The notes under the pieces were generated by a model. It did no database searches. It was not told the origin of the DNA and was given only the letters and a program-made list of their open reading frames with translations. Both the position numbers and the translations under genes were made by a program. This document shows positions 23,944 through 37,139 of a stretch of DNA of 64,000 nt, one piece after another. Position 1 is the stretch's first letter. Every line of letters begins with the position of its first letter. The stretch spans positions 362,762,001 to 362,826,000 of the forward strand of contig OZ024743.1 of NCBI GenBank assembly GCA_964016885.1, written 5' to 3'. The DNA is from Eledone cirrhosa (lineage: Eukaryota).

Positions 23944-26572
23944 CTAAAGGAATAAGGGTGGGGAGTTCAGGCCGGAGGGAGTGTGGGTCTGTAAGATGAA
24001 GATGGTTCTTTGTTCAACTCTGAGGAGATTGGCGGGTGTTCCGTGGCAGTGGAGTAGGCCACAGACTGTGAGATGGCGTGCGGAATGTCCAGGGGCACCA
24101 AAGTGGCGTGTGATGGGGGAACTACCATCTAGACGAATATCCCGGAGGTGCTCAGTGAATCGGTCCGCCAGGCGACGTCCCGTCTGCCGACGTAAGTCGC
24201 GCTGCACTCCGTGCAGCGAAGTCCGTAGACTAGGTTGGAGGAGGTGCAGCGGAAGGCATGCCGGACAGAGAGAGAGTGGCCGTTGGGACCCTGGAAGGTG
24301 GTGGTGTTGGTGATGTGGGGACAGGTGTTGCAGCGGCGACTAGAACAGAGAAAGGAACCGGGGGGGAGCGTGGGTTGGGGGTAGGGAGCTGTGGACGAGG
24401 AGGGTGCGGAGATTGCGTGCGCGTTTGAAGGAGGAGAGTGGTGGGGTTGGGAAGATGTGGGAGGTGGAGGGGTCGGACTGGAGGCGTCGGAAGAGGCGGC
24501 GGATGGTGCGGTGGAGGGGTTAAGGTGGAGGGGTGGTAGGTGATGGGGAAGGGGAGACGGTGGGTGGGTGTGCGGTGGCGTGGGGTGAGGGTGGTGGAGC
24601 GGTGGACAGCACGGGCGCGGGTGAGAGCGGTGTGGACGAGAGAGTGGGGTAACCTCTGCGTTTGAAATGGCTGACTAGGGAAAGGGCCTGGGACCCGAAG
24701 TCAGCATCTCGGCTACAGAGGCGGCGGGGTGGGAGGGGTGGAAGGAGCAGCAGAAGGAGAGAAAGGAGTCGAGCTGTTCTCGGGTGAGGGTCGTGGCTCC
24801 AATACAGTTGTCGATGTAACGACCGTACAGTTCGGGCGTGGGGCCGGTGTACTGGGCAAAGATTTGGGCCTCAACATGGCCAACAAAAAGGTTGGCATAG
24901 TTCGGGCCCATTCTTGTACCCATGGCTACCCCCGTGACCTGTTGGTAAAACTCACCCGAGAAGGAGAAACAATTGAGGGTGAGGACCAGCTCGGCGAGGC
25001 GAAGGAGGGTGGGGGTGGAGGGAATATGGGAGGGGCGAAGGTCGAGGTAGTGTTTGAGGGCGCGTAGGCCGTCGGCGTGGGGGATGACGGTATAGAGGGA
25101 CTTGATGTCTAGGGTGCAGAGGAAGGGCTGTGCCGGGTGGGTAGGTGAAGGAGTCGAAAAGGCGCAGGGCGTGGTTGGTGTCGGAGATGTGGGAGGGGAG
25201 GGTGGTGACAAGGGGGGCGAGGATGGAGTCGAGAAAGGCGGAGATGAGTTCGGTAGGGCAGTTGCAAGCGGAGACGATGGGGCGCCCGGGGTTGTCGGGT
25301 TTGTGGAGTTTGGGGAGAAAGTAGATGGTGGGGGTGCGGGGGTGCGGACGATGAGGTGGGAAGCGGTGGGGGGATGGGGGAGGAGGAGACAAGGTGTTGG
25401 ATGGTGGAGGAAACTTGTTGTTGGTAGAGGGGTGTGGGATCGGAGGGTAGAGGGCGGTAGAAGAGGGGTTACAGAGCTGCCTGAGGGCTTCGGCCGTGTA
25501 GAGGTCCGCGCGCCACACCACTACGGCGCCTCCCTTGTCCGCCGGTTTGATGACGATGTCATCTCGGCTACAGAGGGAGCGGAGAGCGAGGAGTTCCCCC
25601 CGTGAGATATTATTCCGTTTGGAACGGTGGCGGAAGTCGAAACGATTTACGGCGCTACGGCTGGCATCGACGAACGCGTCCAGGGTGCTAAATTGCCCTG
25701 GGGCCGGCGTCCAAGAAGATGGTCGTCGGCCCAGGGCGAGAAACGGGTCTGGGGCGTCCGGAGCCGGTGGCGTTCGGCCGAAATGTGCCTGTAGCTTCGT
25801 GCGTCGCACGAATCGCTCGACTTCCGTTCGGGTGCGGAACTCGTCGCTGTGCGGAGTGTGGGGTATGATGCGAAGGCCTCTACTAAGGAGTGAGCGCTCA
25901 GGTGCGGAGAGGGGGAGGTCAGGGGGTATGGTGACAACAAATGGTGGGGTTTGGGTGTGAGGGGTGGGGGGAGTGGGTAGGGGTGGGGGTCGAGGGAGGG
26001 GTGGAGAGTGGTGGGCTCATGGGGATGGGCGGGTGGTGGTGGATGGGGGTGGTTGGGAGGAGTGAGTGTAGCTTGCGGGCTTTGGTGGAGCTGAGGAAGG
26101 AGGAGAGGTTGTGGTTGAGGTTTTGGATGAAGGAGAGGATGGCTTGGGCGAGGAGGGGTTCGCAGGTGGAGTTAAGGCGGAGGAGGGTGGGGGTCAGTTG
26201 GTGGTCAAGTTGGCGGAGGGTGGAACGGGAGGCGCGGATGGAGTTGCGCATCAGGAGGCGTGAGGATCGGGTGAGGATACGTTGCATGGAGGGGGAAGCG
26301 GCGGGGGAAGGGTGGAAGTGTAGACGGAAGCCGAGGAAGTGAGGAAAAGTGAGGAAAAGTTTGAGGCTAGTATGTAGTTGGTGGAGAAAGGATCTCAGGC
26401 TGGGCATGGTGGGCGTTGGGTGAAAGCAGGGGGAGGGATGAGAAAGCAGGTGTGTGAAGCGGGGTGGAGTGAACGAAGGAGTGAGTGCGAAGGATTGGCA
26501 GAGACGGGGAAAGGAAAATGAAACAGAAAAACGTAAGGAGGGGGAGAGTATACACAGGAAAATTAAAGACAA
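23944..26572 (-). pseudogene. Penelope RT + GIY-YIG polyprotein, frameshifted
   Basis: ORFs 25919-26572, 24952-25809, 24675-25211 and 23944-24207 are collinear parts of one PLE ORF. Confidence 0.88.
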
Positions 26573-26827
26573 AAAATCATAAAGGTAAAAACACAGGCAA
26601 TCGTGAACAAAAAATCATAGAAATAAAATTGTAAGAACACAGGCAAAAAATCATATACGAAAATAAACAAGTACAGTAACAAAATCAAACAAAGGTAATG
26701 CGTGGAAGGAAAGACCAAGTGTGGGAAGGTGTGTAAAGTTCAGAGAGTGGTCACGGTGGATTAGATCGGGGTTGACTCGGTTGTTAAGTTATGTTCCAAA
26801 GGAATGGAAGCCGTGTGAGCGTGTATT

Positions 26828-27329
26828 ATATATAATGGAAAATTTGAACAGGAACAAAACACAGAGGCAGTACAACGAATGTTTATTAATTTCACGCTCT
26901 GGAGAGTGGGATGGTGGTGGGGAACGACGTTTCGGGCATAAGCCCTTCTTCAGGTGAAAAGTGTGTGGGAAGAGAGTTCAAAGGGTGTGTAGGGGAGTGG
27001 TGGAGAGACATATAGCGAAAAGAGGGTGGGAGGAAACGGAGCGAATGAAATTAAAAATAAAAGCATGATCAAAATAAAATAAAATTAAAATGGGGTAAAA
27101 CAGGTGGTGGAAGGGTGTGTAGGGGTGGTCGCGGGTGGAGTGGGGAGAGGGAGACGGGGTGTCCGAGCGGGGAGGGCTGAAGGTGGTGTGTGTGTGTAGG
27201 TGTACGTGTGTGTGAGTGTGTGTTTGTGTGAAAGCAAGGGTTGGGGGAAGAACGGAGTTGCATGTTCAGGAAGAGGTGTGTGTGGGGTGGGGTGTAGATC
27301 GGGGTGTGTGTGCGTGTGTGGATAGAGGG
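26828..27329 (-). repeat. 5' pseudo-LTR of the Penelope-like element
   Basis: Direct repeat of 22522-23020. Confidence 0.9.
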
Positions 27330-27349
27330 ATATATATATATATATATAT

Positions 27350-28230
27350 ATAAATGAAAAGTATAGAAAATATTGTAGCAAGAAGCCAACAGTATTCCAT
27401 AATATATAAGTGACTATAGCGTCAAAATGGGAAAATAGTTAACGTAAGATGTGGGAAAAATAATTCAAACTCAATTCAAAAAGAATCAGGATATAGATTC
27501 ATGCAACAGAATTTAGTGAAATCCAAGGAAAAATCAATAGAGCTTAACTCATGATAAAATAAAGTTTAAAATACTCATCCTTCAATTTGGAAAAACTACA
27601 AATGCTCTGTATAGTCTTGAAAAGACTATTTCACGAAAAATTTTCAGTGGGGATGGTCACGGTTGGAATTCGATCCTCAGCACAGCTCAACACGATAGCC
27701 AAAATCTCACTGATTATAATATGCCAAAAAGGGAATTTAAAAGCAGGCTAGTTCAACATCATGCGTGATTATGAAAATAAAACGCACATGCGGAAACAGG
27801 GCTGGTGACGTCAGAATGAGACGAATGTTTGTTTACATGAAACAACAGTCAAAAACATTCCGAAAAAAACTCTACAATAAGGAGTTCAGCAAAAAGCAAT
27901 ATTATCGCGGTTATTTTAAAAAAAAAGACCGGGATTAATCACAAATAATTTAAGCACTCTAAGAAAGAAATCCGAGTATTAATATAAATGAAAAGTATAG
28001 AAAATATTGTAGCAAGAAGCCAACAGTATTCCATAATATATAAGTGACTATAGCGTCAAAATGGGAAAATAGTTAACGTAAGATGTGAGAAAAATAATTC
28101 AAACTCAATTTACAAAGAATCAGGATATAGATTCATACAACAGAATTTAGTGAAATCCAGGGAAAAATCAATAGAGCTTAACTCATGATAAAATAAAGTT
28201 TAAAATACTCATCCTTCAATTTGGAAAAAC
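27350..28230. repeat. Pair of ~245 bp direct repeats (27350-27597, 27985-28230) around a ~390 bp spacer
   Basis: TAAATGAAAAGTATAGAAAATATTGTAGC...CAATTTGGAAAAACTA present twice, nearly identical. Confidence 0.85.
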
Positions 28231-28266
28231 TATATATATATATATATCAGAGTATACGAAGGAGCC

Positions 28267-28968
28267 ATGGAAAAGTATAAGACCCTCATAGAACTGGACA
28301 TGAAAGGAATTTGCCCATTATACAGGAGCAAATCATGGAATAGCTTAGATAGGGCTAGACATAAGATAGGGAAAGCCACCTCATGGTACGACAACCAGAG
28401 ATACCAGAGTGTCATGTTTGTGGACGCCACGCCTGGACGGAAATTAGCTAATCAGTGTAAAAAGGCCCTGAGAAAGACCCACTTAAAAATAAAGGTGGTA
28501 GAAAAGCCAGGAACCACCATAAAATCCCTGATCAGCAAAACCTACCCTTTTAAGAAAACCCACTGTACCAATAGGAAATGTATCATATGTAAGGTGAACC
28601 CCCGGATAAACTGTAAAACTAGAAACGTAGTCTATAGCATAAGATGTACAGAGGGTACTTGCAGAAACATGACAACAACATACATAGGTGAGACAGCTTG
28701 TAGCATAGGTGAAAGGATAGACCAACACTGGGGGCAACTAAAAGGACGAAAAAACGGGTCAGTACTATACGAACATGCTAGACAACAACATGACGGTAAC
28801 ATAGACAACATAGAAATTAGAATAATATCTAAACATAGAAATGACCCAGCAGATAGGCAAATCAGAGAGGCCAGTGAAATAGAAATTAGAAGACCAAAGC
28901 TAAACAGAAAGAATGAATGGAATAACAACAACACCCAAACAAACAACACTGACCTAAGAGAAGTATAA
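28267..28968 (+). CDS. Penelope C-terminal region: Cys-rich linker + GIY-YIG endonuclease (partial ORF)
   Basis: HCTNRKCIIC, NCKTRNVVYSIRC, YIGET, ERIDQH, RQIREASEIEIRRPKLNRK; uninterrupted 233 codons. Confidence 0.85.
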   Translation: MEKYKTLIELDMKGICPLYRSKSWNSLDRARHKIGKATSWYDNQRYQSVMFVDATPGRKLANQCKKALRKTHLKIKVVEKPGTTIKSLISKTYPFKKTHCTNRKCIICKVNPRINCKTRNVVYSIRCTEGTCRNMTTTYIGETACSIGERIDQHWGQLKGRKNGSVLYEHARQQHDGNIDNIEIRIISKHRNDPADRQIREASEIEIRRPKLNRKNEWNNNNTQTNNTDLREV

Positions 28969-29207
28969 ATAAGTAAATAAAATAAGATAAATAAATAAAT
29001 ACATACATACACAAGCACAATAACAACAAGCACATAAACACACACTAGTCACCCATCACACAGCAAACATAACACTATACACACACGCAAACGCATGCGC
29101 AAAGAAGACGAAATAAAATAAACAAATAAGCAAATAAATAAATAAATATATAGACAGACTGAATAAAAATGGCGTAGACATACAACACAACAGGAGGAAA
29201 ATATAAC

Positions 29208-29249
29208 ACCACTGACGATGTTGCAGATGTGCAACGAAAGATTTATGAT
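29208..29249 (+). ncRNA. Minimal hammerhead ribozyme
   Basis: ACCA-CTGACGA-T-GTTGCA gatg TGCAAC-GAAA-GATT-TA-TGAT. Confidence 0.7.
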
Positions 29250-29444
29250 AAACTATATATATGTGTTTGTGTCTATATTGTATCTGTATTATTTTTGACC
29301 GTCGGTCAGTCAATGGCAACATTAGGACCGAGTAAGTTAGATCGCAGATATAAAAGACAGCGAGAAGCGAAAACCAACCAAACAGTGAGTGTGTTCTGTT
29401 ATTAATTCTGGCAATATTACACAAATATGACCCTCCCCAAGTAT

Positions 29445-29485
<41 letters not shown>

Positions 29486-29624
29486 AATATGATAATAATG
29501 GAGCTGCGGCGTTGCAAATGGGTTACATATGAAAAAGTAAGTCCTTCATCAATGGCCTTCCAACCTTTCTAGGCATTTCATCACTTTAAAGGCCATATAC
29601 CTCAGGTTGGTGCGAACAACGGCT

Positions 29625-29654
<30 letters not shown>

Positions 29655-29659
<5 letters not shown>

Positions 29660-29860
29660 TTGCAATCGAAAGGTTGTGAGTTCAGTTCTCGGACCGGGTG
29701 ATGTGTTGTTTCCTTGAGCAAGACACTTTATTTGACGTTGCTCCAGTTTACTCAGCTGTAGAAATGAGTACCGGCCTGCCCGCCCAGCCAGTGGGATGGC
29801 GTTATCTTATGGCTAAAACAGCACGATTGGCGCCCGACAGACTGGGTGATCAATGTGATA
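29655..29860 (+). mobile_element. tRNA-derived SINE
   Basis: B-box-like GAGTTCAGTTCTC followed by TTGTTTCCTTGAGCAAGACACTTTATT; reverse copy at 22140-22260. Confidence 0.7.
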
Positions 29861-30049
29861 TATATATATATATATATTGAGTGGATGATATAAGCATTGT
29901 AATAAACTCTGAAGACACCTGTGATGTAACTACTAATTGTGAATTATTAAACAAAATACTTCACTATACGTGACTCAACATCGGTAGAACAAATTGTCAC
30001 CGTATAAATGCCTTGATTCTTTGGTTTTATTCTTTGTAAACTATTAATG

Positions 30050-30085
<36 letters not shown>

Positions 30086-30128
30086 GAAAATAAAACAAAG
30101 AAGCCTTCAATACATCAAAAGTCTTTAT

Positions 30129-30170
30129 TAGCCAACAATGTTTCGTCCTATTAAGGACTCATCAGGGCAA
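30129..30170 (-). ncRNA. Minimal hammerhead ribozyme
   Basis: GCC-CTGATGA-GTCCT taat AGGAC-GAAA-CATTG-TT-GGC; AATAAA immediately downstream; in a ~160 bp island between (AT)n tracts. Confidence 0.8.
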
Positions 30171-30245
30171 TTAAAACTACAAGAAGCACTATCGGCCAAT
30201 ACAAGCCGAAAACTCCGAAGAATATGGAGTGTACATACACTAAAG

Positions 30246-30277
<32 letters not shown>

Positions 30278-30286
30278 ATATATAAA

Positions 30287-30347
<61 letters not shown>

Positions 30348-30815
30348 ATATATATATATATATAAAGTATATATATATATATGTATGTATGTGTGTGTAT
30401 ATATACGTCCATTAAACACCTTGCCCAGGCTTGTTATTTTCTCGGTTCAAATCCATGGAGAGACATGATTGGATATGAACTTTTCTAACATATTCCAATG
30501 AAACTTTGCTGCTGTTAATTGTGCAAAAAGCTTCTTTTTTACTTGCAGAGTCCAGAACAAAAAAATATCGCTGTTTCTCCGCTTAAGTGTCATTGTTAGT
30601 TACCAGAAATCCATGTTTGTTTTGCAATTTCGAATCCCGGCGGAACCAGCTCACTTAAGACACATCTTGTTTTGTTGACACAACTGACACCACTAATATG
30701 CATTTTAGCATTTACATTCTTTGTAGAGTAACACAAGCGAAAACAAAGATTCAGACTTTGACATGACTGTGTTACATATTTTTCATATTTAGTACAGTGC
30801 ATGAAATTACTGATA

Positions 30816-30847
<32 letters not shown>

Positions 30848-31239
30848 ATAATTATAGTAGAAATATCCAAGGGTAAGAGCACTCAGTCCATAGGAAGAGT
30901 TAAGCATAATTAGTTACAGCAGTGACATATACAGGTACTTAAGTTTCGTCGGGTTTTACATCCCAAATCATTCAGCCTATTATATAAAAAGAAAATGGGT
31001 ACCTTCACAGAAAATACGCGAGAGTTCTTCAAGAGCAGGTAATTTCGATTTAGCTATAAATAAACAAAACTTTTAGATAATGTAAAGGTAGGTAACTATC
31101 AAAAGCCACAAAGGTGGGTTATATAATCCAGTTTCGACTACCTGTTGAAAGAAAATGCACACAGATTTTGGTATACACACACACAAACACAATATTTGTA
31201 TCTAAGCCTGTATGCGTGCGTGTATATAAATATATATAT

Positions 31240-31800
31240 ATATTTCGTTTCTGAATTTGTTTAGCAAGATTCTTTATCTAAAATCGTGTGTTGAAACCGA
31301 TATTGTTATACTTTGGGAGGGTCATGTTGCCAATAAGAAACACACGCACCTGTTGCTTTCACTTCACTTTATTATAGTAGATTTATAAATTTAGGAATTT
31401 ATAAATTTCCGGTTGGTTGGTTGGTTCCACAACCAGATGGTTGTTTATATATTGTCAAAGTTCTTTCGTCACACATTCTGTGACCTCTTCAGTGACTGGG
31501 GATTCTTTTCTTTGTTTTTGTGCCTCTCCTTTGTTCTGTCCTACGCCATCTTGTTTCTGTGTGTGTGAAACAAGATGGCGTAGGACAGAACAAAGGAGAG
31601 GCACAAAAACAAAGAAAAGAATCCCCAGTCAGTGAAGAGGTCACAGAATGTGTGACGAAAGAACTTTGACAATATATAAACAACCATCTGGTTGTGGAAC
31701 CAACTAACCAACCGGAAATTTATAAATCTACTATAATAAATTGAAGTGAAAGCAACTGGTGCATCTGTTTCTTATTGGCAACATGACCCTCCCAAAGTAT

Positions 31801-31810
<10 letters not shown>
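31240..31810. repeat. Head-to-head inverted pair of family Y pLTRs
   Basis: 31300-31558 is the reverse complement of ~31568-31808; centre CTTGTTTC tgtgtgtgt GAAACAAG. Confidence 0.9.
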
Positions 31811-31851
<41 letters not shown>

Positions 31852-32269
31852 ATTCAAATTGATGTAAGAGTAAATCTTTCATAATGGTTTTATTTTCTAC
31901 TTCTCATTAGAAGTATTGGATGAAGACTTCTGAAGTGAAGCTTTTTTTTTTTTTTTTTTTGTTATTCACTCCCGTTTGTAAGAATACTCCCGTGAAAAGG
32001 CATGACCTTTCATAGCTTTATTTCCCTATTTAAAACAATTAATCTGTTAGATAAGTCTCGCTTCCCTGCAATATAGTCGTCCACATATGTCAAACGTTGA
32101 AACCACTCCACTGTCGCCTATTAACGCATTCTTATTACATTCGCTGACACAAATACCATATTCTGGTTTTACCTCAATTTTCGTCTGGTTCGTCTGATCA
32201 TTCGGTTCTAGTGGATGGTGTGCATTCTACTGGCTAGATACTTCAAATAGTGCGGATAGCGTCTATATC

Positions 32270-32570
32270 GAGAGCTCTATGTGCTATGACCGATGATTCC
32301 ATGGTTACGGCAAATGCAGACAGCCTGAATGGTGAGCAGATCTGGTCCCCGTTTGCCAGACACGTTTTCCTACTACACATCTCTTTGACGTCTTGAATCA
32401 ACTGAAGACTAAGACTGAGTTCCTAGTACTTCTAATATTGTCAGGCACTCATAACCCTCTACCAGATGAACATAAGGTGAGTGTTAGTATTCTATAAATG
32501 ACTAGTGGTGGAGAGAAGTGACGTTGTTCACGAGGAAGCTCTTGACACCGATGAAAATTAACTGGCACTT
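32270..32570 (+). mobile_element. Old, decayed Tx1 ORF2 fragment
   Basis: CTGAATGGTGAGCAGATCTGGTCCCCGTTTG resembles the LNGEQVWSPF segment of copy B. Confidence 0.55.
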
Positions 32571-33084
32571 ATATTCCGCCCCCGTTACCTACGCAAGTTT
32601 GGAATCGGACATCTTGGAGCCACACACAGAATCGCCGAAGAGATTTTACGAGTAAAGCCAACTGGCAGGAAACTTAGATGTTAACCACTATCAATATGCT
32701 TGGATAAAATCCATGAGCCCGGTTGGTCTCGATTGGGGATCCAGCTGGATTAGTTGGAGACGGTTGCTTCTGATAGGACGTTCTGGAAGGTGTGAAATAG
32801 TGGGAGAAGAAGAAGAAGAAGAAGAAGAAGAAGAAGAATCAAGCCCAGCATTGGACTATAGATCCCGAAGTGGTGAAAGATCAAGTGGACCTCGGTGGGA
32901 TACAAAATGAAATTGTCGATAGCTGGATCGAATACTGCAAGGCATTCTACCCGACAATACTGGTTCTTTGAAAATGTATTGTCTTACGCTCTTATTTCAA
33001 ATAAATATCAACTCGGAAATATATTAAAAATAGACTTCAAGTAGTAATAGAAGATTGCGTCAGCATAAAATAGCGTGACTGTTG

Positions 33085-33420
33085 CATGGCTGAATGGTTA
33101 AGATGTTCGCATCGCAACTATATGGTCAGAGGTTCGATTCCAATGCGAGACATCTGGGGTAAGTGTCATCTACCATAGCGTCAAGTCAACCCTAGCTTTG
33201 CGAGTGAAATTAAGTAGACGGAAACTGCTTGGAAGCCTGTCGGATAGAATCTACATGTAATTCAATGGGCCAGCCTTGTCATATACATCGTGTGACGCTA
33301 AGTTACGTTATGAGTACATGCTCTCGTGGAATGCTCCGCTACCTACATGTTAGTTTCATGAGCAGGTTATTCTGTTGATTGAAAAACTGGATCACCCGTC
33401 CTCTGAACCGACGGAAGTCC
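33085..33420 (+). mobile_element. tRNA-derived SINE, Meta-domain-like
   Basis: A box TGGCTGAATGG, B box GGTTCGATTCC, then GGTAAGTGTCATCTACCATAGC...GTAGACGGAAACTG. Confidence 0.7.
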
Positions 33421-35099
33421 ATTCCATTTCAAAATAACAAATGACATGATAATGGAGGTCAAAGTAAGATCATAAAACTCTTCAAATTGAATAGCCATGT
33501 CTATATAACATAAAACAGGAAACGGTGTACATTTAAACATATACACAAGAAAAAAACTTAAATTCTCAAATGTAAATTATATTTCTCACCCTTTGTTTCT
33601 CTATTTCATTTCCCCACATTTTCTGATATTTGACAAGCCTCCAATTTCCAGTGTTACTAGGTTTACTCTTTTTGTTGTTTTTAATACAAAGCAAATTCTA
33701 ATCTACGTGGGAAGACATGCTTTAAAAATCTAGAATACATTTCAATTATTGGCACTTGCTTAACCGAAGAAATATATTATTATAAATGACGAATTAAGCA
33801 AATTTCATATTTCCTGTTTAACAAATCGATATGCAACACATGCATAATAGTGACAAATTAGGGAGGTTGTCCCATGAATACTTCGAGGAAAAATGACTTC
33901 TACGAATGAATAACCACGAACACTGAACGAATGTGTTATTTAAGGAAACACATTAAGATTAAATTTTACGAGCCTCAGCAAGTTCTGCCATGGCCTAGCG
34001 CTGTCAGTAGATATCTCTTATACATAGAAATACACTATCAAAATAACTTAAGGCCCGCCCGATTTTTTTCCTTTTTATGTTTCGAACAACCCTGTTCAAA
34101 AGTATACCCGCAGTTTAATGAATAAATGAATATCTTAAAAAGTGGCCATTATTACTTAGGCATTTGTTGTTTCTGTCAGGAGTGTCAACGTTCTCCACGG
34201 TTCAATTTTGTTTTTTTCACTTGACACATTATATAGAAATAATGTGGCTAGGGCTCATATTCCTTATGGGGACTTTGTTATCGTATTAAAGGTGGTGTGA
34301 AACATATCTTATTTATCTATACATTTTATGTCATCAAATCACTGCTCTACAAAAAGTAAATTTTAAAATGAACAAGAAATTGGTCTGTAAACACAGCCAA
34401 CAATTCACGAAAAGGAAACAATGTTATCATTGTGTATCATGATCGATTATTACAGTCCCCGATCATGGTTTCGATCGATTAGCTCCACTGAACAGTACGC
34501 CTGAGCGCGCTGCAAAAAAAAGAAGAAAGAAGTGAAATAACTATTAGTGGTATAATTTGTGTAAGTCTGTTTCAAATTTACGAAGATCAAATTTGAATAC
34601 ATGTCGACATTTCGAAATTAGTACGCTTTTCATTTTTATATTTAAGATTGGAGTTGGGTAGCGAATGATGTAGACAGAGGTCTCAGCTCCTAAATGTCTG
34701 AGCCTTATCTAACATTGCGCATGTGATGCTAATGGTATTTCCTCTTGATTTTCAAATATGCTTTCTAAGTACTTTGTTTTCCAAGTGGCAATAACGGTGT
34801 GAATTGTTCTGGCTCTGGTGCCTTTGAAGATACACTATAGCGCTCATTGTACATCCATATCCGATCAACTTTTATGTTTTTGTAACAAAATATATAGAAC
34901 TTGAAATGTATTATTTGGTGATAACATTTTTCACACGGCAAAATTCAATCCCAAAATGAATGTTCCTGTAATGGAAACTACAGCAATTATTTTGGGAAAG
35001 TGAAGCATACTACAATAAAGGCACCCAAATATGATAAAGGTTCTGTTGATTTGCACACTCAAAGTTCACTTCTGTTTCCTTCAATGCAATCTATAGACA

Positions 35100-35560
35100 T
35101 AGAAGGACGAAGGAAGAAGGCCTATTTTTGCGGCGTTTTACAGGACTATGGATATCCCTAAACATTTAAACATTATATATACAAAGTACGCTGGTGGCAT
35201 ATTCCTTGTGACGTTTCCAGAAGTAGACAGACTCATGGAAGATTTAGAAAATAATCCCATCCAGAAATGAACAATTCGACAAAGATCTAGTATGAATTTA
35301 GACCTTGACACCATACCATTCTTAGATGTAAAGATAAAGAACAATCCATTTGGCATGCACCAAAATATAAATGAAAATCACTAAAAAATTACCGGTATAT
35401 CCACTTGGCTAAGCTCTTTCGTCACACATTCTGTGGCCTCCTCAAAGAACTTTGACAATAAATAAATAAACAACCATCCGGTTATTAATCTAGCCGATTT
35501 TAAATTGTAGTGAAAACCAATAGGTGCATGTTTTTATTGGCAGCATGTAAACCAAAATAT
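35100..35560 (+). mobile_element. Decayed Penelope RT fragment followed by family Y fragments
   Basis: KYAGGIFL (decayed YxDD region) and IPFLDVKIK; CTTTCGTCACACATTCTGTG at ~35416 is an inverted Y piece. Confidence 0.5.
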
Positions 35561-36210
35561 CACATAGTTATATCATTTGGCTTGTGGCAGCGCGGTGCTG
35601 AGATTGTTGGATGAATACAGCTAAATATTTTATTACTAATTTAGTTCGGGTTGTACGTTTTAGTTTCCAATTCTAGTTTATTTATTTTTGGTCTAGATGA
35701 TGAATTTAACATATTTGGGTTCTATCAGCGGTTTGGTTAAATTCGTTTTATTACTAGTTCGGAATATAATAATTTATTCTGACACATGTTTTCTTTACTG
35801 GGTTTTACCGCCATTAAGCCACTGTCGTATGGCAAAAGAGAACATCTTTTCCCTCACGTGACGTCACTGTCTGCTGTGTATAGTCTTGTCATGTTAGTAG
35901 TCTAGTTACTGCCGATAGTCCTATCATGCTAGTAGTCCTGTGGCACCTCACAAGGGATACGCAAGATTCCATCGTTCTCTCTCTCTCCATATTTCATCGT
36001 CTGCTGGTGAAGTTTTGCAAGCTGCAGTTGCGCTTGTTTTCTGCATTTGCAGAAACCTAGGTCCAGACTAAATTCAGTGCACATGCCACATTGCAAACGT
36101 ACACTTAGTAAGAACTCTGAGACAGGTTTTTGTTCCTCAAAATTTCGTTCCATAATTAATGGAGTGGGTAATGTGTGCAAGCGAGATTATGATTGATACT
36201 ATAACCTAGT

Positions 36211-36282
<72 letters not shown>

Positions 36283-36943
36283 AGTTAAGAACTCAGGGTA
36301 GTCCCTTACAATTAAATAGCTCTAAGAAAAAAGCTTTTCCGAGCCGTACAATATAATTGAATAAACAAGAGAGATGAACACTAATATAAACATACATGTG
36401 TTCGAATCGTAAGGACTAAAATTTGCTAGGGTGAAAAAATACTAACTACAGCAATATAGTTTGTTATCCTTAACTTTAAATATTAAATTAAGAAAAATTA
36501 AGAAAAATAACAGGCCTAAGAATGAAGAGTAACATGGCTGGCTGTACAAGATAACTTATATATGAAAAAGATAGCGTTTTTTACAAAAACAGTATAATAT
36601 ATATATATATATATATAGTATTAATTATACTATTTATGGATATGTAAATACAAAAACCTTTTGCAGTTATATATATTTTTATACCAACCCTAAATAGTGG
36701 TAGGTAGTAATATATTACTACCTTATTACCAGTAAGTTATCTCTAAGTGTGTACTGCCACTCTAAATGCTGTAATGAATGTTGACCCACAATATTTGCAT
36801 ATGTATCTGTATGTCTCTTGGGTGAAAAGGAGGTCATATAAGTGTTCATTCATTAATAAATTGCTCCGAAGAATTCAAACCTCGGTTTGGAGGAAACAGT
36901 TGTAAGCATAAAAATGTTTTGAACAGTTCTTTGATTCTTATAA

Positions 36944-36998
<55 letters not shown>

Positions 36999-37078
36999 CT
37001 GTTTTTGTAAAAAACGATATCTTTTTCATATATATAAGTTATCTTGTTGTACAGCCAACCATGTTACTCTTCATTCTT

Positions 37079-37139
<61 letters not shown>

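Larger units (their letters stand above)
22522..27329 (-). mobile_element. Penelope-like retroelement, near complete, with two pseudo-LTRs
   Basis: ~500 bp direct repeats 22522-23020 and 26828-27329; PLE-type RT motifs IVIKPADKGGAVVV, PKLHKPDNPGRPIVS, LDIKSLYT, GVAMGTRMGPNYANLF, RYIDN; GIY-YIG C-terminal part QTGRRLADRFTEH; flanked by (AT)n. Confidence 0.92.
28250..29450 (+). mobile_element. 5'-truncated Penelope-like element (GIY-YIG ORF, 3' UTR with hammerhead)
   Basis: GIY-YIG ORF, hammerhead at 29208-29249, both ends in (AT)n. Confidence 0.85.

Noticed and set aside
22522-27329. LTR retrotransposon interpretation of the 500 bp direct repeats
   Set aside because: No gag, protease or integrase and no TG...CA ends; the RT is PLE type with GIY-YIG and hammerheads.
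33085-33160. tRNA genes at A/B-box sequences (also 46025-46120)
   Set aside because: No complete cloverleaf; they continue into SINE bodies.
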